Program-made: the position numbers and the translations under genes | Shown here: in pieces, positions 11,946-26,670 of the stretch | Layout of the letters: each line of letters begins with the position of its first letter | Numbering within the stretch: the first letter of the stretch is position 1 | DNA from: Eledone cirrhosa | Lineage: Eukaryota | Direction: 5' to 3' | Length of the DNA stretch: 64,000 nucleotides | NCBI GenBank assembly: GCA_964016885.1 | Contig: OZ024740.1 | Coordinates: 75,082,001 to 75,146,000 of the forward strand | The notes under the pieces: generated by a model | Databases searched by the model: none | What the model was told of the DNA's origin: nothing | The model's input: the letters and a program-made list of their open reading frames with translations, nothing else

Positions 11946-14639
11946 TTTTAGAGACTCATTCATTTGTTCGCGTATTTTGTAAAGAGAACAGTGAATGGCG
12001 GTTGTGTCAGTTTTACAAATGAATGTTTCAGTTGTTCGATCAACAAAGCTATACTGAGTAATCAACAAGGAAGTGCTTTTTACAATAACCTTGTGTCAAC
12101 AAAAATATTGTGCGTGAAATTAGGTTGAAACTGAGTGAAATCCAATCGTCATACAGAGTGTAACGATGAGTAGGTCTAAAGTTTATATTGTAGATACTCC
12201 ATTACATGGGTCATTACTCATGAAAGTGTTAATTTAGAGACGTTATTTCCAGTTCAATCATGACTCAGATCCCGAACTGTTCTTGTATGTGGACTAATAA
12301 TATTTGTTCGTTTCGATGTATTCAAAATCTAAAAGTATGTAAACATGTGATTTTTTTTCGTAAAAGGCACGGGTTACAAAGAAATAAACAAACGCAAACA
12401 GACCGGTATCTGATCTTGCTCTGTGTTTCGGAGTTCAAGCCCCTCCTCCTTCTTCCAATAGTTGCGATCGGCAGATAGTATCAACATCTATAGAAACATT
12501 GTTTCCTTGGTCCAATCTAATAACTGGATCCTTTTTTTCTATATTCCTTATGGACATATCAGAGGTTTTGTAAAATTAATATTGCCAGGCATAACTTGTC
12601 GAGCGCAGAAGAGAAAAAATAATTACCAAGCAAGTGAAGACCGACATACGGTTTCAATTCTTAGTTATAAGAGAGAAATGTTTCGTCTAATGATTAGTCC
12701 AACATACACTATGTCTGAAAAAATAAAAGGTAGAATGTTCATGTGTGGAATCCTTCATCAAATGTCTGCTCAACCACAATAACATCGACAAAGAGAGCAG
12801 TGCCAGCAACAACAACAACAACAACTACATCAGCAGCAATAGTGAGGTGACATCAACAACAGAGCCAACGAGGGACTCTTTACGTGGTTATTTGACGCGC
12901 TCGAAATAGCAGCCAAATATCCTTCAAGTCATATCGTCTTCTTAAAAATAATAATAAAAAAAGAATCACTGGGCAATGTATGTTAGATATATAAAAATAC
13001 AGGTTTTCTCATACAGAACTGACACCCGGGGCTAAACAAAAGCAAGAACACCATGGAAATGAACGCATCACATTTTCCTTCCTAAGTATATAGGGCATTT
13101 CATAGAGAAATGAAACAAACATTACAAGGTTAAGGGGTTATTGATTTTTTTTTACCATTTAGTCAAGAAGGGAAAGGTAGCACCCTTCACCCTTTTTCTT
13201 TTATGGCCGTCGTGATGATGGGAAGAAGGGACGAAAATATTTTCAAACTGGATCCTAGGGAACTCTGTTTAAAGCACTCAAGTACCTGGTGACAGTGTTA
13301 CATCGGGAGATGGATTAAGTTTACTACCGAATAATTCATATCTTAAAGAGTCAGAACAAAATCCACAAGGCATCCTGGTCGACACTATAACAGTTACGCC
13401 AACCCCCGTCACCGATTGGTACTTTATTTTATCGACCCTAAAAGGATTAAAGACAAGGTCGACTTAAAAGAGATTTTCACGGCTTTATAAACTATAATTT
13501 GGTTAGATTCACAAGTGATATTAAATGTTTTCACAAATCTCTCTGTTGTTCAATGAACGCTTGAGTAAGGTAAATGACAGAGAGACAACGAGAAAAGCTT
13601 ATATATACTCACAAGACACAATAACCAAATGTCTCTTAAAATACACATTATCAAAGTAAAACAGGAAGAACACATTGAATTATATAGCCTTAGATACACG
13701 ATGTCTGACAAAAAAGTTGGAGTAAACATAGCTGGAACATTTTTGATCATATATTTGCTTTTTCAGTGATGACTTGCGGTAAATATAATGACCATAATAT
13801 ACATGAACACTCAAATGCATACATAGTCACCCTCGTACACAAATACACACATACCCACATACACACATACACACATACCCAAACACTCATATACACATAC
13901 ACAAACACATTTTATTAATATAGATATATGCTGGAAACTAATATGCATGCTGATGTTGGCTTGGGATAATCGCGTAATGAATTGGTACACACACACTACC
14001 CCCCCCCCCAAACACACATCAAACAATGTTACCAACGAGTTAGGTCGAGCCAATGACCGCGCTTCTACGTGGTTGTACAGCCGGCTAGCAATAGCAGTCA
14101 AACTCTCAAGCATCACTCTCTTAAATAAATAATGAAGAACATTTGAGAATGCAGTTCTAGATATACACCTAAAAAGACAGGGCTGTCATGGCTGGAATAC
14201 TTTTTATCATAAGTTTGTTGGATCAGGATCGACCTAGTAGTAAACAACAACAACAGCTTGATCTCTCATTACTCCGATCTATAAAATCATTCGTCAGTAT
14301 GCCAGAGCTGTTTGGGTATTGACAGAATCGTAATAACGCTAGAAAATACATTGTAGCATTTGTCCCAAGCTGTTTACGTTCTGAGTTCAAATCCTGGAGA
14401 GGTCAACTTTGCCTTTCATCCTTCCAGTGCCAATAGAACAATGTGCCAATCAAGTACTGTATTAGATTGATTCCCTCCCGGAGTCTTAAGGCCTTGTAAC
14501 TATCTATAGCATCGTTATTACAGCAGCCAGTTGTTTCTATTGTGCAGTAAGAATTTATAACTAGGGGGGATTGGACCATTTTAGAGTTAAGTGCTTAGTC
14601 ACAAATTACGAATCACCGACCTCGGTTTTTGTTTCAATT

Positions 14640-14955
14640 TTCTACATTATCCACTATACCATCTTGTATCCTCACAATTACACCATCACGGACTCTGTCC
14701 ACTACGTCATGTACATTATTTACTACGCCATCTTGTATCTACCCAATACATTAAGCCACTTTGTACTTTATACCATCATGTACTCTATCAATTACACAAT
14801 AATTTGCCTATCCACTACGTTATCTTGTAACTCCACAAATACAATATCTTATATGTACCCTATCCACTACGCCATTTTACACTTTATTTATTACACAACC
14901 TTGTACTTTATCCACTATGCCATCACGTATCTAATTTTGTATTCTATACCATTAC
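14640..14955. repeat. Degenerate tandem minisatellite (unit about 23 bp, tatccactacgccatcttgtact)
   Basis: Repeated tatccactac..ccat.ttgta units are visible. They explain ORFs 14571-15002 and 14591-14830. Confidence 0.75.
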
Positions 14956-17252
14956 AGCGTCAGTACTTTCGGTTTCACAACTCGAAAAGACAAAAGGATT
15001 AAAAATAGAAACTGAAGGATTTATGGGTTTATCGAGGGTTTTGTCACTGATCCATATATGCAAACAATCGTGGGAATGAGACCGACGCCCATTTGTTGTC
15101 GACGTAACATAAGGCTTTTAGATACGTCACAGATCGTCCGCGTAGAATTACCCGATATACAAACCTATCTACTCATGTATTCGTGTATAACTACACACAC
15201 ACGCATATACACACGCACACATACGCGCACTCACACACACGCGCGCATAATTACACATACACATATATTTACGTACCCGTAAAGGCATACTAGCATACAA
15301 ACAAACATACATATATAAAGCAGCATATATGAAACACATGGAGAGAATTACATTACATACTTCAACGCAGACAAGGGCATATAATAAAATAACATGGCTA
15401 GCACATGCGTGGTGGACTCCGAGCCACATTTCACGTTATTTGATGCCAAAAATGTTGTAAACAATAATATTACTTCATTTTTCTTTTCATTTTATGTTTT
15501 CGTTTAGTTTAATACGTAGGATAACAATCTATCTATTTAGCCAACCATTTTACTAGCTAGCTTTCTGGCTAGCTGTCTATGAAGCTATTAGCTATTAGAC
15601 TAGTGTTCAACGTACATACAACACAAATACACTGACACCCACAATCACGCGTATACCACACATAGGCATTTAAATAGATAAACAAAAACCATTACAACAA
15701 ACAAACATTCAATAATGTACTTACAGAAGGAAACATAGAACATACATACGTAATACGTAATAACATTGAAATTCTCTCAAATTTTCTCAGGAATAATACA
15801 TATATTTCGTTTGACGGATTGCAGATGATTGATTATCTCTATGAAAAGCAATGTTTTTTGGTTTTGCTTTTACAATTTCACTATTCTGCAGCAAATATTA
15901 ACTTTTAACTGTGTCAAAAAGCCATTAAGTTTGGTGGAGAGTATAATCGACTAAATCGACCTCAGTACCTGACTGGTACTTCATTTTAATCAGCCCCAGA
16001 ATAATGAAAACAACGTTGACTTCGACAGGATTTGAAACCAGAATAAAATGCCATAACTAACAATCTACTGATTGTGTCATTCCACTGCCATACTGTGCTG
16101 CAAATATTTAATGTCTCTGTGTATCCCAGATTACATTATTTAGTGTATCTTTTCCTGCTTAAATATAACAATATATACAATCAACAATTAGTTTTTTTCG
16201 CATGTTATAAGAATATTATGTGAAAAATAATCTAGTTTACATTGCAGCTGGTTTAACACACTACATGGTCTATAGTTGGCTACTATTTCTTGCAGATCGG
16301 ATGATCATGTTGAGGCTTTCCTCTTGTCCCCTAGTGAGAATTCTTTTATGAATGGTAAGGGCAGTTCTTTAAAAGAAACAATAATTGTTTTTAAATCATT
16401 ACAGGCGACTTCAAAATTAGCTGATAGATCTATCAAATTATGATTATGTACTGTGTAAAGGGTTTGTACTCCGTGAAAAGGAAATATTCTGTAAACTGGA
16501 AAACATTTCAAGCGTTGACATAGAGATAAATTTGTCCTGCGTCGTTGGCTACTACATCATACTATATTGTGCATGATACACTACCTACGTATCGCAAACG
16601 ACTGCAAGGTAGATTATTTTTATCCGTTTTCCTGTTTGCGTGAAAACAATAATACATACAAAAAGCAGTTCTCTGCACATGTTATTATGTATTGTTTTGT
16701 TTCTAAAGACCCTGCAGACTTAATACGTCACTCGGTTTAACACCACTACCAGGTCTATGGCTGCCTTTTCAAGAAAGCATTTGCGTCAGGTTTCTGGCTT
16801 GCGGATAATTTTCTTCATCCCACACACCAGTCACTGGGCCCTTTATACTTAAGTCATAACACATTTTAAAAGTCTATTTTTGCCAGAAAGATATATAAAT
16901 GAAATACGTCACATTACATTAGGTAAAAAAAAAAAAAATTCAGGCTGTTATTGCTTTTGTTGTCCTCTAACCCCAAGTTATTCCTGTTTGATCTGACTTA
17001 CGATCAAAGGTATTCAAGTCACGACCTCTCCATATTATTTTCTAACAACTGTGACTACAGAGTTCAATGTAACCCTCCTTTGTTTCAGATGATAAAGTGT
17101 AATTTACTGGAAATTTCTGGTTCAGGTCGAACCACTATGTGTAGATTCAGTAATTGGCTGGCTTCGTCAGTGCAAGAAAACGATGATGTTTCATCTTATT
17201 TATTTAAGACTAAATAGCTGTAAGTAATATAAGTAAATTCTTTACTTATAAC

Positions 17253-17405
17253 CAGGACCGCCTTAACAGCATTATAGGCCCACAAGCAAAGTAATGCACT
17301 GGAACTCCTACTCACAACCACAGAATACATAGATCAACATTGTGCCCATAGACCCAGTAGCCCGCATGCAACTGTCTAAAGAGCTTACTCCTTAAGACAA
17401 TACTG
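17253..17405. mobile_element. Probable hAT-type MITE
   Basis: Imperfect TIRs caggaccgccttaa / ttaagacaatactg with flanks cttataac/cctataat. Confidence 0.4.
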
Positions 17406-17890
17406 CCTATAATTAAGGCAACAGAAATAAAAATGCAAATTTTGGAAACGTCTAGTGAGACTCTGTTTTAGTCGCAACAGCTGCACTAGTTGTATTATGG
17501 TAAACCCTTCATTGGAAACAATATATGGTGTCACCTTCTCTTGGTGTCACAAGAATGTGGTTATTTTGTTTAATTGTTACCCCGGGTGTGCTATGATAGG
17601 CGAAGCACCAAAACCAACCCACTTCACCTTACTACTTAACCTCATCTCCCACACATTGTTAATGCTAGAACCATAGCTCTTCCTTGTTACGCAATATTTA
17701 TACATAAAGTCGATACCTTTATTCGTCATCAATTTGGCCATTAAAAACTTTGTAGAAGTTGACACGCCTTTCTGCCAGAACAGTAACCGTCTCGTCTTTG
17801 TTTACCATCGCTTCTTTTTCTTTGCCTTCTTCTAAAGGAGTGTGATGGATTTTTATTTGTCTCTAATGATCTTAGGTACAATCACACAAC

Positions 17891-17994
<104 letters not shown>

Positions 17995-18699
17995 GACGCG
18001 CGCACACACATACATGCACACGCATATATATTCTGTGAGAGGAAGAAGATAGTTTTGTATTAAATTCTCTGAAAGTGACAACTTTTGTTTCCAGCATTAT
18101 GCACTACATGTGACTAATGTGACAGCTTTTCTTCTTACGCTCCCTGTTTTCTTTTTGCTGTTATTTTTATTATATTCTCCCTTTTCAGCATTACATATTG
18201 TGGCGTGGGATGAAACGTGCGATGATGCCTATGTGAGTTTTCTAATTGTGTGATGGCAGAAAGAATAGAATTATGTGAACACTTGGGATTGGTGCACAAA
18301 AATCCTTACGGGTCAATGTTTTGGTAATGTTTTGTAGGTTAATTACTGACGGCGATGGCGGGGTTGATGGGAAGAAGAAGTTCTTTTTCTAGAGAAAAAA
18401 AAAAATGATCGATACTAATTTTGTTGTTGTTTAGCCTAGATCAAAGGTGTTCATGCCATTGCTATTGTTGATATTTAGCTTCAAGTCAGTCCCGATTGAG
18501 CAAGCCTATAACAAAAATTGTTCAAGCTGTGACCATGATGTTTTTGTTTAGCCGCAGGTCGGACCTTACTGAGAATATCTGTGTTAAAAGTATGCAACTC
18601 GTAACCCTAATTTTTTCTTCAGTCATTTTGTAAACCTGGTCTACACTTCCTAGTTTTATTATTTAGACACAGTGTATTAAGAACTACAAAAGCACAGCA

Positions 18700-19890
18700 A
18701 GACAAAATTCATAGATAGATGTACAATTTGTATAATGATACTAAGATACCAATATTTGCTACAAACAAATAGCCTTCTATAGTAATAGCTTTTGAAATGT
18801 AGAATCTGCTTTACTAAAAGAAGGCATTCACTCAATACGATGCTACTGATTTTGAACTTCAATACATCAATGCTAGTTTTCACAATGAACAGTCAGTTAG
18901 AAGCTATTATCTAGAATAATCTAGATCGATTCCGACAGCAAATCTCCTGAGTCCAAGCTGCGTCCTTTAGATATAAAGAAGGTAGAACGTAGAATGACGA
19001 TAGAAACTCGAAAGACATCCAGTTTTTGCAGTCACAATAAAGAAGGCACAATTTTCTTACGAATTGATGAAGTAAACGTATATTGTGCAACAAAGCATGT
19101 GCGAACCCCTTTCAAAGTCGCAGAGTACTTTATACAGTTCAATGATGTTTTGAAAAGCATAAAACATACAACCTACCAATGTAACTAAGAAAGACATGGA
19201 GAAATAGAACGACATACGGGTTCAACTAGATCCTCTAAAAGAGGAGCTCCATAAAGAGTATGTGCAGTCAGTATGTGCAGTAAATACCATTTAAAGATGT
19301 CTGCGAGTCAGTCACAGAAAGTCAACATAAGGAATTGTCAGATTTTATTCTACTTGTCACCACAACAAACTCAAGTGCTGGAGCAACTGAAGCAACTGTT
19401 TTATTCCCTATAAAGCGACTTCTGTTATGCTTTGAACTCAGATGGGCAGAATTTGCTGTTAATATCGTAAAACGCATCAATTATACATTCACAATAATGG
19501 AATGCCCTAGTTACATATTCACAACAGAGTAATTCAAGCTAAGCTAAAGGCTTTTTTCGTATTAATGCCGACAATTTGTGACTGATGTACTTCACGGCAG
19601 ATTTCTATTTTGTTGAAATAATCGTAGGAGAAACTTCAGTTTGAAAGTATCCCAGGCATGGGCCTTGAACCAGAAATTCAGGTCTTTATTAAAAAATATG
19701 CTAATGCATTTTGTGGAGATACCATTACTAGAAAGTGGTGAGGAAGAATTGATATTTGAACTCAATAAAACAAGGCTAACACTGAAAAATGTGTTACCGT
19801 TGGTGAAAGAAAGGAGAACTGTCAAACAAAATCAAATCGACAACAAATTGATAACAAACAATGTACGAAGTCGAATTTTCGGGTTTTGAA
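18700..19890 (+). pseudogene. Highly decayed hAT-like transposase C-terminus
   Basis: LVTTTNSSA...IKRL..(LR)TQMG resembles the hATC dimerisation motif PATxxSAERSFSxLKRxKxxLRxxM. The region ends with NNVRSRIFG and has many stops. Confidence 0.35.
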
Positions 19891-21299
19891 GTGCTGAAAA
19901 TATACATGCATATATAAGTATAAAGAAAGTGCTCAAGCGCAGAAATGCTATAAAAATAGGGTGAAGACCCTTGAAATACCGAAAAAGAAGTTGCCATAGA
20001 CCAATAAAGCGAAATTATGAGGATACTGACGTTTTGAAAATCATAAATGGACAGAAGGTGGCAAATCATTTGTGTTTTTAGGACGTTGGATTAAAAATGC
20101 ATCGGTATTTGTTCCGGTTCACTGTGCTCTGAGTTCAAATACTGCCGAGGTCAACTTTGCCTTTCATCCTTTTGCGGTTGATAAATATAACACCAGTCCA
20201 GTAATAATCTCCATCCTTCCTCTATTCCCCTTTAACACTTTGCCTCTCCCCCTTTCCTTCCTTCTCTGAGATCCGACCAAGTTTATAATGCGCAGAACAC
20301 GCCCTGTGTCACCCATTTCATCAGATGCTTATTTACAAAATGTCCAAGATTTGGCGAAAAGTCTCGTGGAAAGGTCCTAATTAAGAGAACATTTTTGAAG
20401 GGGAGGTAACTCCGGGATGAATGTTTACCCGTTTCGTCTACTGGAAAAAAAATGGACACACATACATGCCAAACACAGAAGCCCGTAGCAGCAACACACA
20501 CGCATATGTGTTTATATATATATATATAAAAGGTACATATTGAGTTAGGAACTCAAAATAGTCTCTTACAATAAATATATATATAGTCTCTTACAATATA
20601 TATATATTACAGATACAACTCAGTTATTGCCAGCTGAGTTGATTGGAGCAACGTGAAATAATGTGTCATGCTCAAAGACACAGCGCACCGCCAGGAATCG
20701 AACTCATGACCTTACGACCATGAGCCGACTATACTAACCAGAAAGCCACACACCTTCACACGAGGCTTGACAACAAACTTGTTAATACACAACCTTGCCT
20801 AATATGTATTTACAAACAATAATATTAAAATCAACAATAAAATAATGTCTGACGTTTCTCTGCGGTAAATGTAAGTCGTTGTAGAACATCCTGGAAATTA
20901 TTGAAACCATATACTTACGAATAAATAATTCCCCACCCAGACAAATAAAGACCATTATCCAATTTCCTGTGATGTTTGAAGTTAGAGAATATTCTAGAAA
21001 AGAAATCATTTTTGGTTTGACTGTATAATTCAACCTTTGGTCGCTAAGTCAAAGTTTTATTATATAGAATTTCTGTGTTATAGAAGCCATTAACATATGC
21101 ATAACATTTCCATCTGTTGACGTAAGCGTTTGAGATTTTATGATAAAATTATTTTGGCAGGTGACGACGAATCACATCATAGAAGTTCTTACTGTTGTTC
21201 TTGTTGTTTTCACCCTCCACCAAGTCGAGCAGATATTCCAGCCGTGAGAATTCCATCATTTATTCCATGTAGCCACCATAGTGTAGTTATAATCATTTC

Positions 21300-22405
21300 A
21301 GCTATGCTGCAATTAGATTTTACAACTCACCGAGGATATATTCTTTGTTCTTGGCTCTCGTCTTTCTCTCACATGAATCTGCCATATTCATAGTGAAGTA
21401 TTTTCTCTCTCCATCTCCAATTCATGAATATGGCACTGTCAAGGAGTCTTTTCACGTAATCCTTGAAACGCAGTGTTTGGTTTGGTTTATGGTCTTGCAA
21501 TAGGTATTATTAACTCGCCATAAAGGACTAGCTTTGAGATTCTGCTGTCGTCAGATTTAAAAACGTGGCTTACCTATTGGTGTGGGTGTTTACTGACATC
21601 AAGTCATTTTGAAAACTTAATAGTGGTATTATTTCTGGGTCGGCCGCCATGCTTTGCAGCATAGAGTTACAGCCCTTTACGGTCTGAGTTTAAATCCCAC
21701 CGAGGTTAGCTTTGCCTTTCATCCTTACGGGGTCGATAAAATAAAGTACCAGTAATGCATTGCTTAATTGCTGGCCCTGTGCTTAAAGTAGAAACAATTA
21801 TTTATAGCTGCTGGCTTTATTACTAAATGTATTTTTAATCTTGTCAATCAGTGGTCAGTTGAGCACTCAGCACCTCGCATAGAACGGACACTACAGATAT
21901 TCTCTATGTCACGTTTGCAAACAATTAGATAATCGATTATGTGTGTGCTTGAGATATACAGGTTGAACTCAACACATAGTTCCAGTAGGAGCAGGCCGTT
22001 ACTAATAACGTTCCCAACGCCATACCTTCCAAGACAGCTTCAAGTCTCCCAATCTTTACACATACGCGCATTAAAATCTTCTAGAAGAATAATTTTGTCA
22101 CCATGTGGAACTGAATGCAAAGTGTTCCTTAACGATTCGTAAAACTGTGTCTTTTTTACTTCAAGTGTTGGAGCATATATACCAATAATAGTGACATGCC
22201 TGCCACTCGTGACGACTAGTTATTAGCTGGTCACTAATTCCACGTGGAAACTCTGTTAGTCCGTGGACCAGATTCGTGCGGAGAGCGAAACCCACGCACG
22301 ATTCTTTTGTTTCCTGAGCATTTCGCCTCTTCCAGAAAACTGTAAATCTATTACCTATCTCCTCCAGTTGCCCATTGTCACCATAGCAATACAGTTGTCT
22401 GGAAA
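21300..22405 (-). mobile_element. RTE (BovB-like) LINE fragments: endonuclease piece and 3' piece, with a SINE between them
   Basis: Endonuclease piece reads EEIGNRFTVFWK..CVGFALRTNLV..FPRGISDQL..IYAPTL..DKIILLEDFNAR. The 3' piece reads SHVFKSDDSRISKLVLYGEL..LRFKDYVK. Confidence 0.7.
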
Positions 22406-22411
22406 CTAATG

Positions 22412-22586
22412 ATCTTCTTCTTCTTCTTCTTCTTCTTCTTCTTCTTCTTCTTCTTCTTCTTCTTCTTCTTCTTCTTCTTCTTCTTCTTCTTCTTCTTCTT
22501 CTTCTTCTTCTTCTTCTTCTTCTTCTTCTTCTTCTTCTTCTTCTTCTTCTTCTTCTTCTTCTTCTTCTTCTTCTTCTTCTTCTTCT
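22412..22586. repeat. (CTT)n microsatellite, about 58 units
   Basis: Seen directly. It gives the poly-E/R/F ORFs. Confidence 0.98.
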
Positions 22587-22877
22587 TGGGAGACTACTTT
22601 TAATACAGTCAAATCGCTTCACCTACCCCCAGTGTCATAGGCACACCACAACAGTTTTGAACTCAGAATGATTCTCCTCTCAGATAGAATGCCACGCCAA
22701 TCTGATGAGTTCTGTTTACACGGAGCAACAGGTTTTAAGGCGCTAGTAACACGTCTTTGCCAATTATCCTTATTAGTTCCAAACATCTCCGTCACGGGAA
22801 GGCCAGGAGCAGGGCTTCTCTTGTCAGAGCCCATATGTGACGCAATCCGTTTGGGGCATTTTCGTAGAGAGTAGATT

Positions 22878-22879
<2 letters not shown>

Positions 22880-22942
<63 letters not shown>

Positions 22943-23068
22943 GTATATATATATATGCGTGTGTGTGTGTGCGCGTAGGTGTGTGTATGTGTGTGTATTA
23001 ACTGTTAATACATATATTATTTAACTTCCATATGTATTGATTGCTTTCTTCATTCGTCTGTACACACC

Positions 23069-23117
<49 letters not shown>

Positions 23118-23118
23118 G

Positions 23119-23188
<70 letters not shown>

Positions 23189-23472
23189 CGTGTGTGTGCG
23201 TGTGTGTGCACGTGTGTGTGTGTGTGCATCTTTCTCTCTCTCTATATATATATACATATATGCATACATTCATATATATATGTATATGTATGTATGTATA
23301 TATACATATATATATGTATATATATGTATATATACATATATGTATATATACATATATATATGTATATATATATGTATATATACATATATATATGTATATA
23401 TATATGTATATATATGTATATATATATGTATATATATATATATATATATACATATATTTATACATACATACA

Positions 23473-23546
<74 letters not shown>

Positions 23547-23555
23547 CACACACAC
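22880..23555. repeat. Compound (CA)n/(TA)n/(TACA)n microsatellite block
   Basis: Seen directly. Confidence 0.95.
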
Positions 23556-24969
23556 CTAAGGCTAATTAAATAGCGGATGTACGCACAAGTTTTGATCTCA
23601 GCAATAGTGTGATATTGTAAACAATCTATATAAGAACCAAATGATGACAGCATTTTCATGTCTGAAGAATGGGTTACTTAAAGTTTTGTGATTAGAAATG
23701 CTGAAATAGCAGAAGGGTGTGCCGAATAGAACTTTCAAATAGAATTGACCAACAATAAATATAATGATCAGGAGAAAGAGTAACCTGATCGACAGAGGAA
23801 AGTTCCTTAATTTATGACAAAACAGACTCATGCACGTATCTTTGGATTTGAATGTTGAAAGAGAATTTCGGAGTGTGATGGTTGTTAGAACCACGAAATG
23901 TCACAGTGTTGTTAAAAGCGTTTGAAGATTGACAGATATCTCTGTGTGGTTGGATTTGGTTTTGTGAGTATGACCACATACTCACAAGAGAATTCACCAG
24001 TTAAATCGTGAGTTCTCTTGTGAGCACGCTCGGGAAGCATTAATTTTTAGCTTTTCTTACTGTTTAATCAGAGAGAGAGAAGGGTAATGCACTTGGCTAA
24101 AAGGGAGCTAAGTAGATAACCTCAAACCGGAAACCTGGTATTGAAGTTTACAAGAGAGTGGACTATATTAAAGTTAGCTAAGGTTGAGGTGGTGGTATTA
24201 AATCGGTCGAAGAACTATGTTTACCATGTAAGTGTACATAGACACCATGTAAGTGTACATAGACTGGTATTTAATTTTATTGAGTCCAAAAGGATGAAAG
24301 TCAAAATTGATTTCTGCGAGATTTCAACAAATAACGGAAGTCATTTTATCCTACGTTCGAAATCCAGCTTTGTGGACATTTTAATTTAGGGATTTCAAAA
24401 CGGAAAGGAGTTGGAAACTTAACTATTATTTTTAGCTGCACAAGCAAATGTACAGAAGTTCCCTCGTTGACTCGCTTAAGATTTTTTTTTGTTATTGCTT
24501 TTGTTTAACTCCAGTCAGCACTGAAAATAAGCAAGTATAATAGCAAAAAGGTGTTTCGGCCATCCTATCTATTTACCTGAGGGTTCTACAAAAATCGGGA
24601 TGCTATTGTAAGTATACCATTATCAAAAAGTAGCAAATGAAATATTAAGGCTTCCTTGAAATAACACTATATATTTTTATGGAACCCCCTAAAGGTATCA
24701 AAATATTCCACACGAGTATGGAAGAGCAGCAAACAAAGGTAATAGAAACAGCAGTGTCTTTATATTTGTGATATAACTCTAAATGCTGCAAGTCTTTTGA
24801 CGTTATAAAGAGCAATTGGAAGACCTTGTTCCGATGTGGAAAATCGGGTTTTTTACCTTTTTTTTGTTATTGCTTTTGTTTAACTCCAGTCAGCACTGAA
24901 AATAAGCAAGTATGTTCCTGTCAATCTTCAAGTAGTCTTCAAATCACTTGGTTTTACATGCTTCGATCA

Positions 24970-25385
24970 CTGAGTATACTGTCTTGTTGAGAGACCAGTT
25001 TGAGTATGATGTTTTACTGAGACTAACTTAATTAGAGTGATCAGCTTCAGTATATTGTGTTGTTCCTGAAACTAACTTGAGCGAGTATTGTCTTGTTGAA
25101 AGACCGACATGAGTAAGCATCCTGTCTTGTTGAGTGACTAACTTGAGTGAGTAGTGTGTCTCGTTGAAAGACCGGCATGAGTGAGCATCCTGTCATGTTG
25201 AGTGACTAACTTGAGTGAGTATTGTCTTGTTGAAAGACTGACATGAGTGAACACACTGTTTTGTTGAGCACTCAGTTTGAGAGAGTATTGTGTCTCGTGA
25301 CCCTTTTGAATATCTTGTCATGATGTTGAGACCAACTTAAGCTTTCTTTTATTCTGCCTTTGTGGGAGAGCAACTTGAGGAGTAA
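24970..25385. repeat. Minisatellite with alternating 31-34 bp monomers (higher-order period about 65 bp)
   Basis: gagtattgtcttgttgaaagaccgacatgagt alternates with agcatcctgtcttgttgagtgactaacttgagt. Confidence 0.8.
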
Positions 25386-26352
25386 GTTTAGATACAAACT
25401 AACGCTAAAATCTCACACCTCTATCATAATTAACAACGGATTGTGCACTGAATATTAATGTGTATGTGAGTATATGTGTACGTGTGTGTATGTGTGTGTA
25501 TGTCTGTGTGTGTGTGTGTGTGTATGTGTGTGTATGTGTGTGTATGTGTGTGTATATATGTGTATATGTGTGTGTACGTGTGTGTATGTGTGTGTGTATG
25601 TGTGCGCGTGTGTGCGTGGATGCTGAAATTTGTTTATATGTGCTTGTGAGCGCTGAGGTTTTTTTTAAAGTTTGTGGCCTAGTGGTAAGGGTGTTGGACT
25701 TACGATGATAATGTCGTGGACTCGATTTCTGGGTTGTGTATTTTGTTCTTGAGCAAAACACTTCACGCTGCTCCAGTATACTCAGCTGAAAAATGAGTAC
25801 CAGCCTTAGTTGGTGGTTTAAGCCTGCGATGGACTGGCGTCCTGTCCAGGGGGGGGGGGGGGAGTCTTGTACTCTCAATCGCTTCACGCCACAAAACCAG
25901 GAAAAGCACAGGCCTGACGAGATCCCTGGCTCGAGACAGACATTATGTGCTTGTGTACACGTGTATGTGTTAAAGTTATTGTCCTGGTTTGGGAATGTAT
26001 TTGCGTTAGTGATTTTACAAGCGATAATGCGTTGTGTGGGCTTGTATTTGTGTGTATATGTGTTAGTATAATTGTGTAATAGAGTGTATATTTGTGAGCT
26101 AGATTAAGTCTCTGTATGTATATGCAATAGAATATTTATGCTGGTGTGATTGTGTTTGAGTGTGTAAGCGTTTGTATGTGTGTACTATGATTTATTTGTA
26201 TGTGTGTTCAGGTAAGTTGCGGTTTGTTTATGTGTGTCGGCTAGTGAGTGTATATGTGTACATCTTTGTGTATATTTGCGTGTCCATACGAGAATGTGTG
26301 TTCATCTGCGTGTAATTAAATGTATGTATGTATGTATGTGTGTGCGTGTGTG

Positions 26353-26457
<105 letters not shown>

Positions 26458-26670
26458 CAGAAAAGAAAACAATTATAAATTAAGTCAGCCTGAAGCAATA
26501 AGATGAGTGAGAAGAGAGAGAGAGGAAAGACGAGAAAGAGAAAGAGAGACAGAGTGAGAGAGAGGGTGGGTGGGTGAGTGAGAGAGATTGAAAAGCAGTA
26601 ACAATGAGAGAATAGGGGAAGATATGGAAGCAAAACATATGAGAAAAGGGTATTTCTTGTTATGATTTTC

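Noticed and set aside
16295-16608. Plus-strand exon-like segments with AG/GT boundaries
   Set aside because: In-frame stops, a very short putative intron and no recognisable homology.
22161-22622. Poly-Arg/Glu/Phe ORFs
   Set aside because: They come from the (CTT)n tract. Only the flanking part is an RTE remnant.
22695-22742. CTGATGA followed by a hairpin (gttctgt/acggagc)
   Set aside because: No GAAA follows the hairpin and there is no convincing stem III.
24970-25385. CRISPR-like periodic array
   Set aside because: There are no unique spacers or cas genes and the context is eukaryotic.
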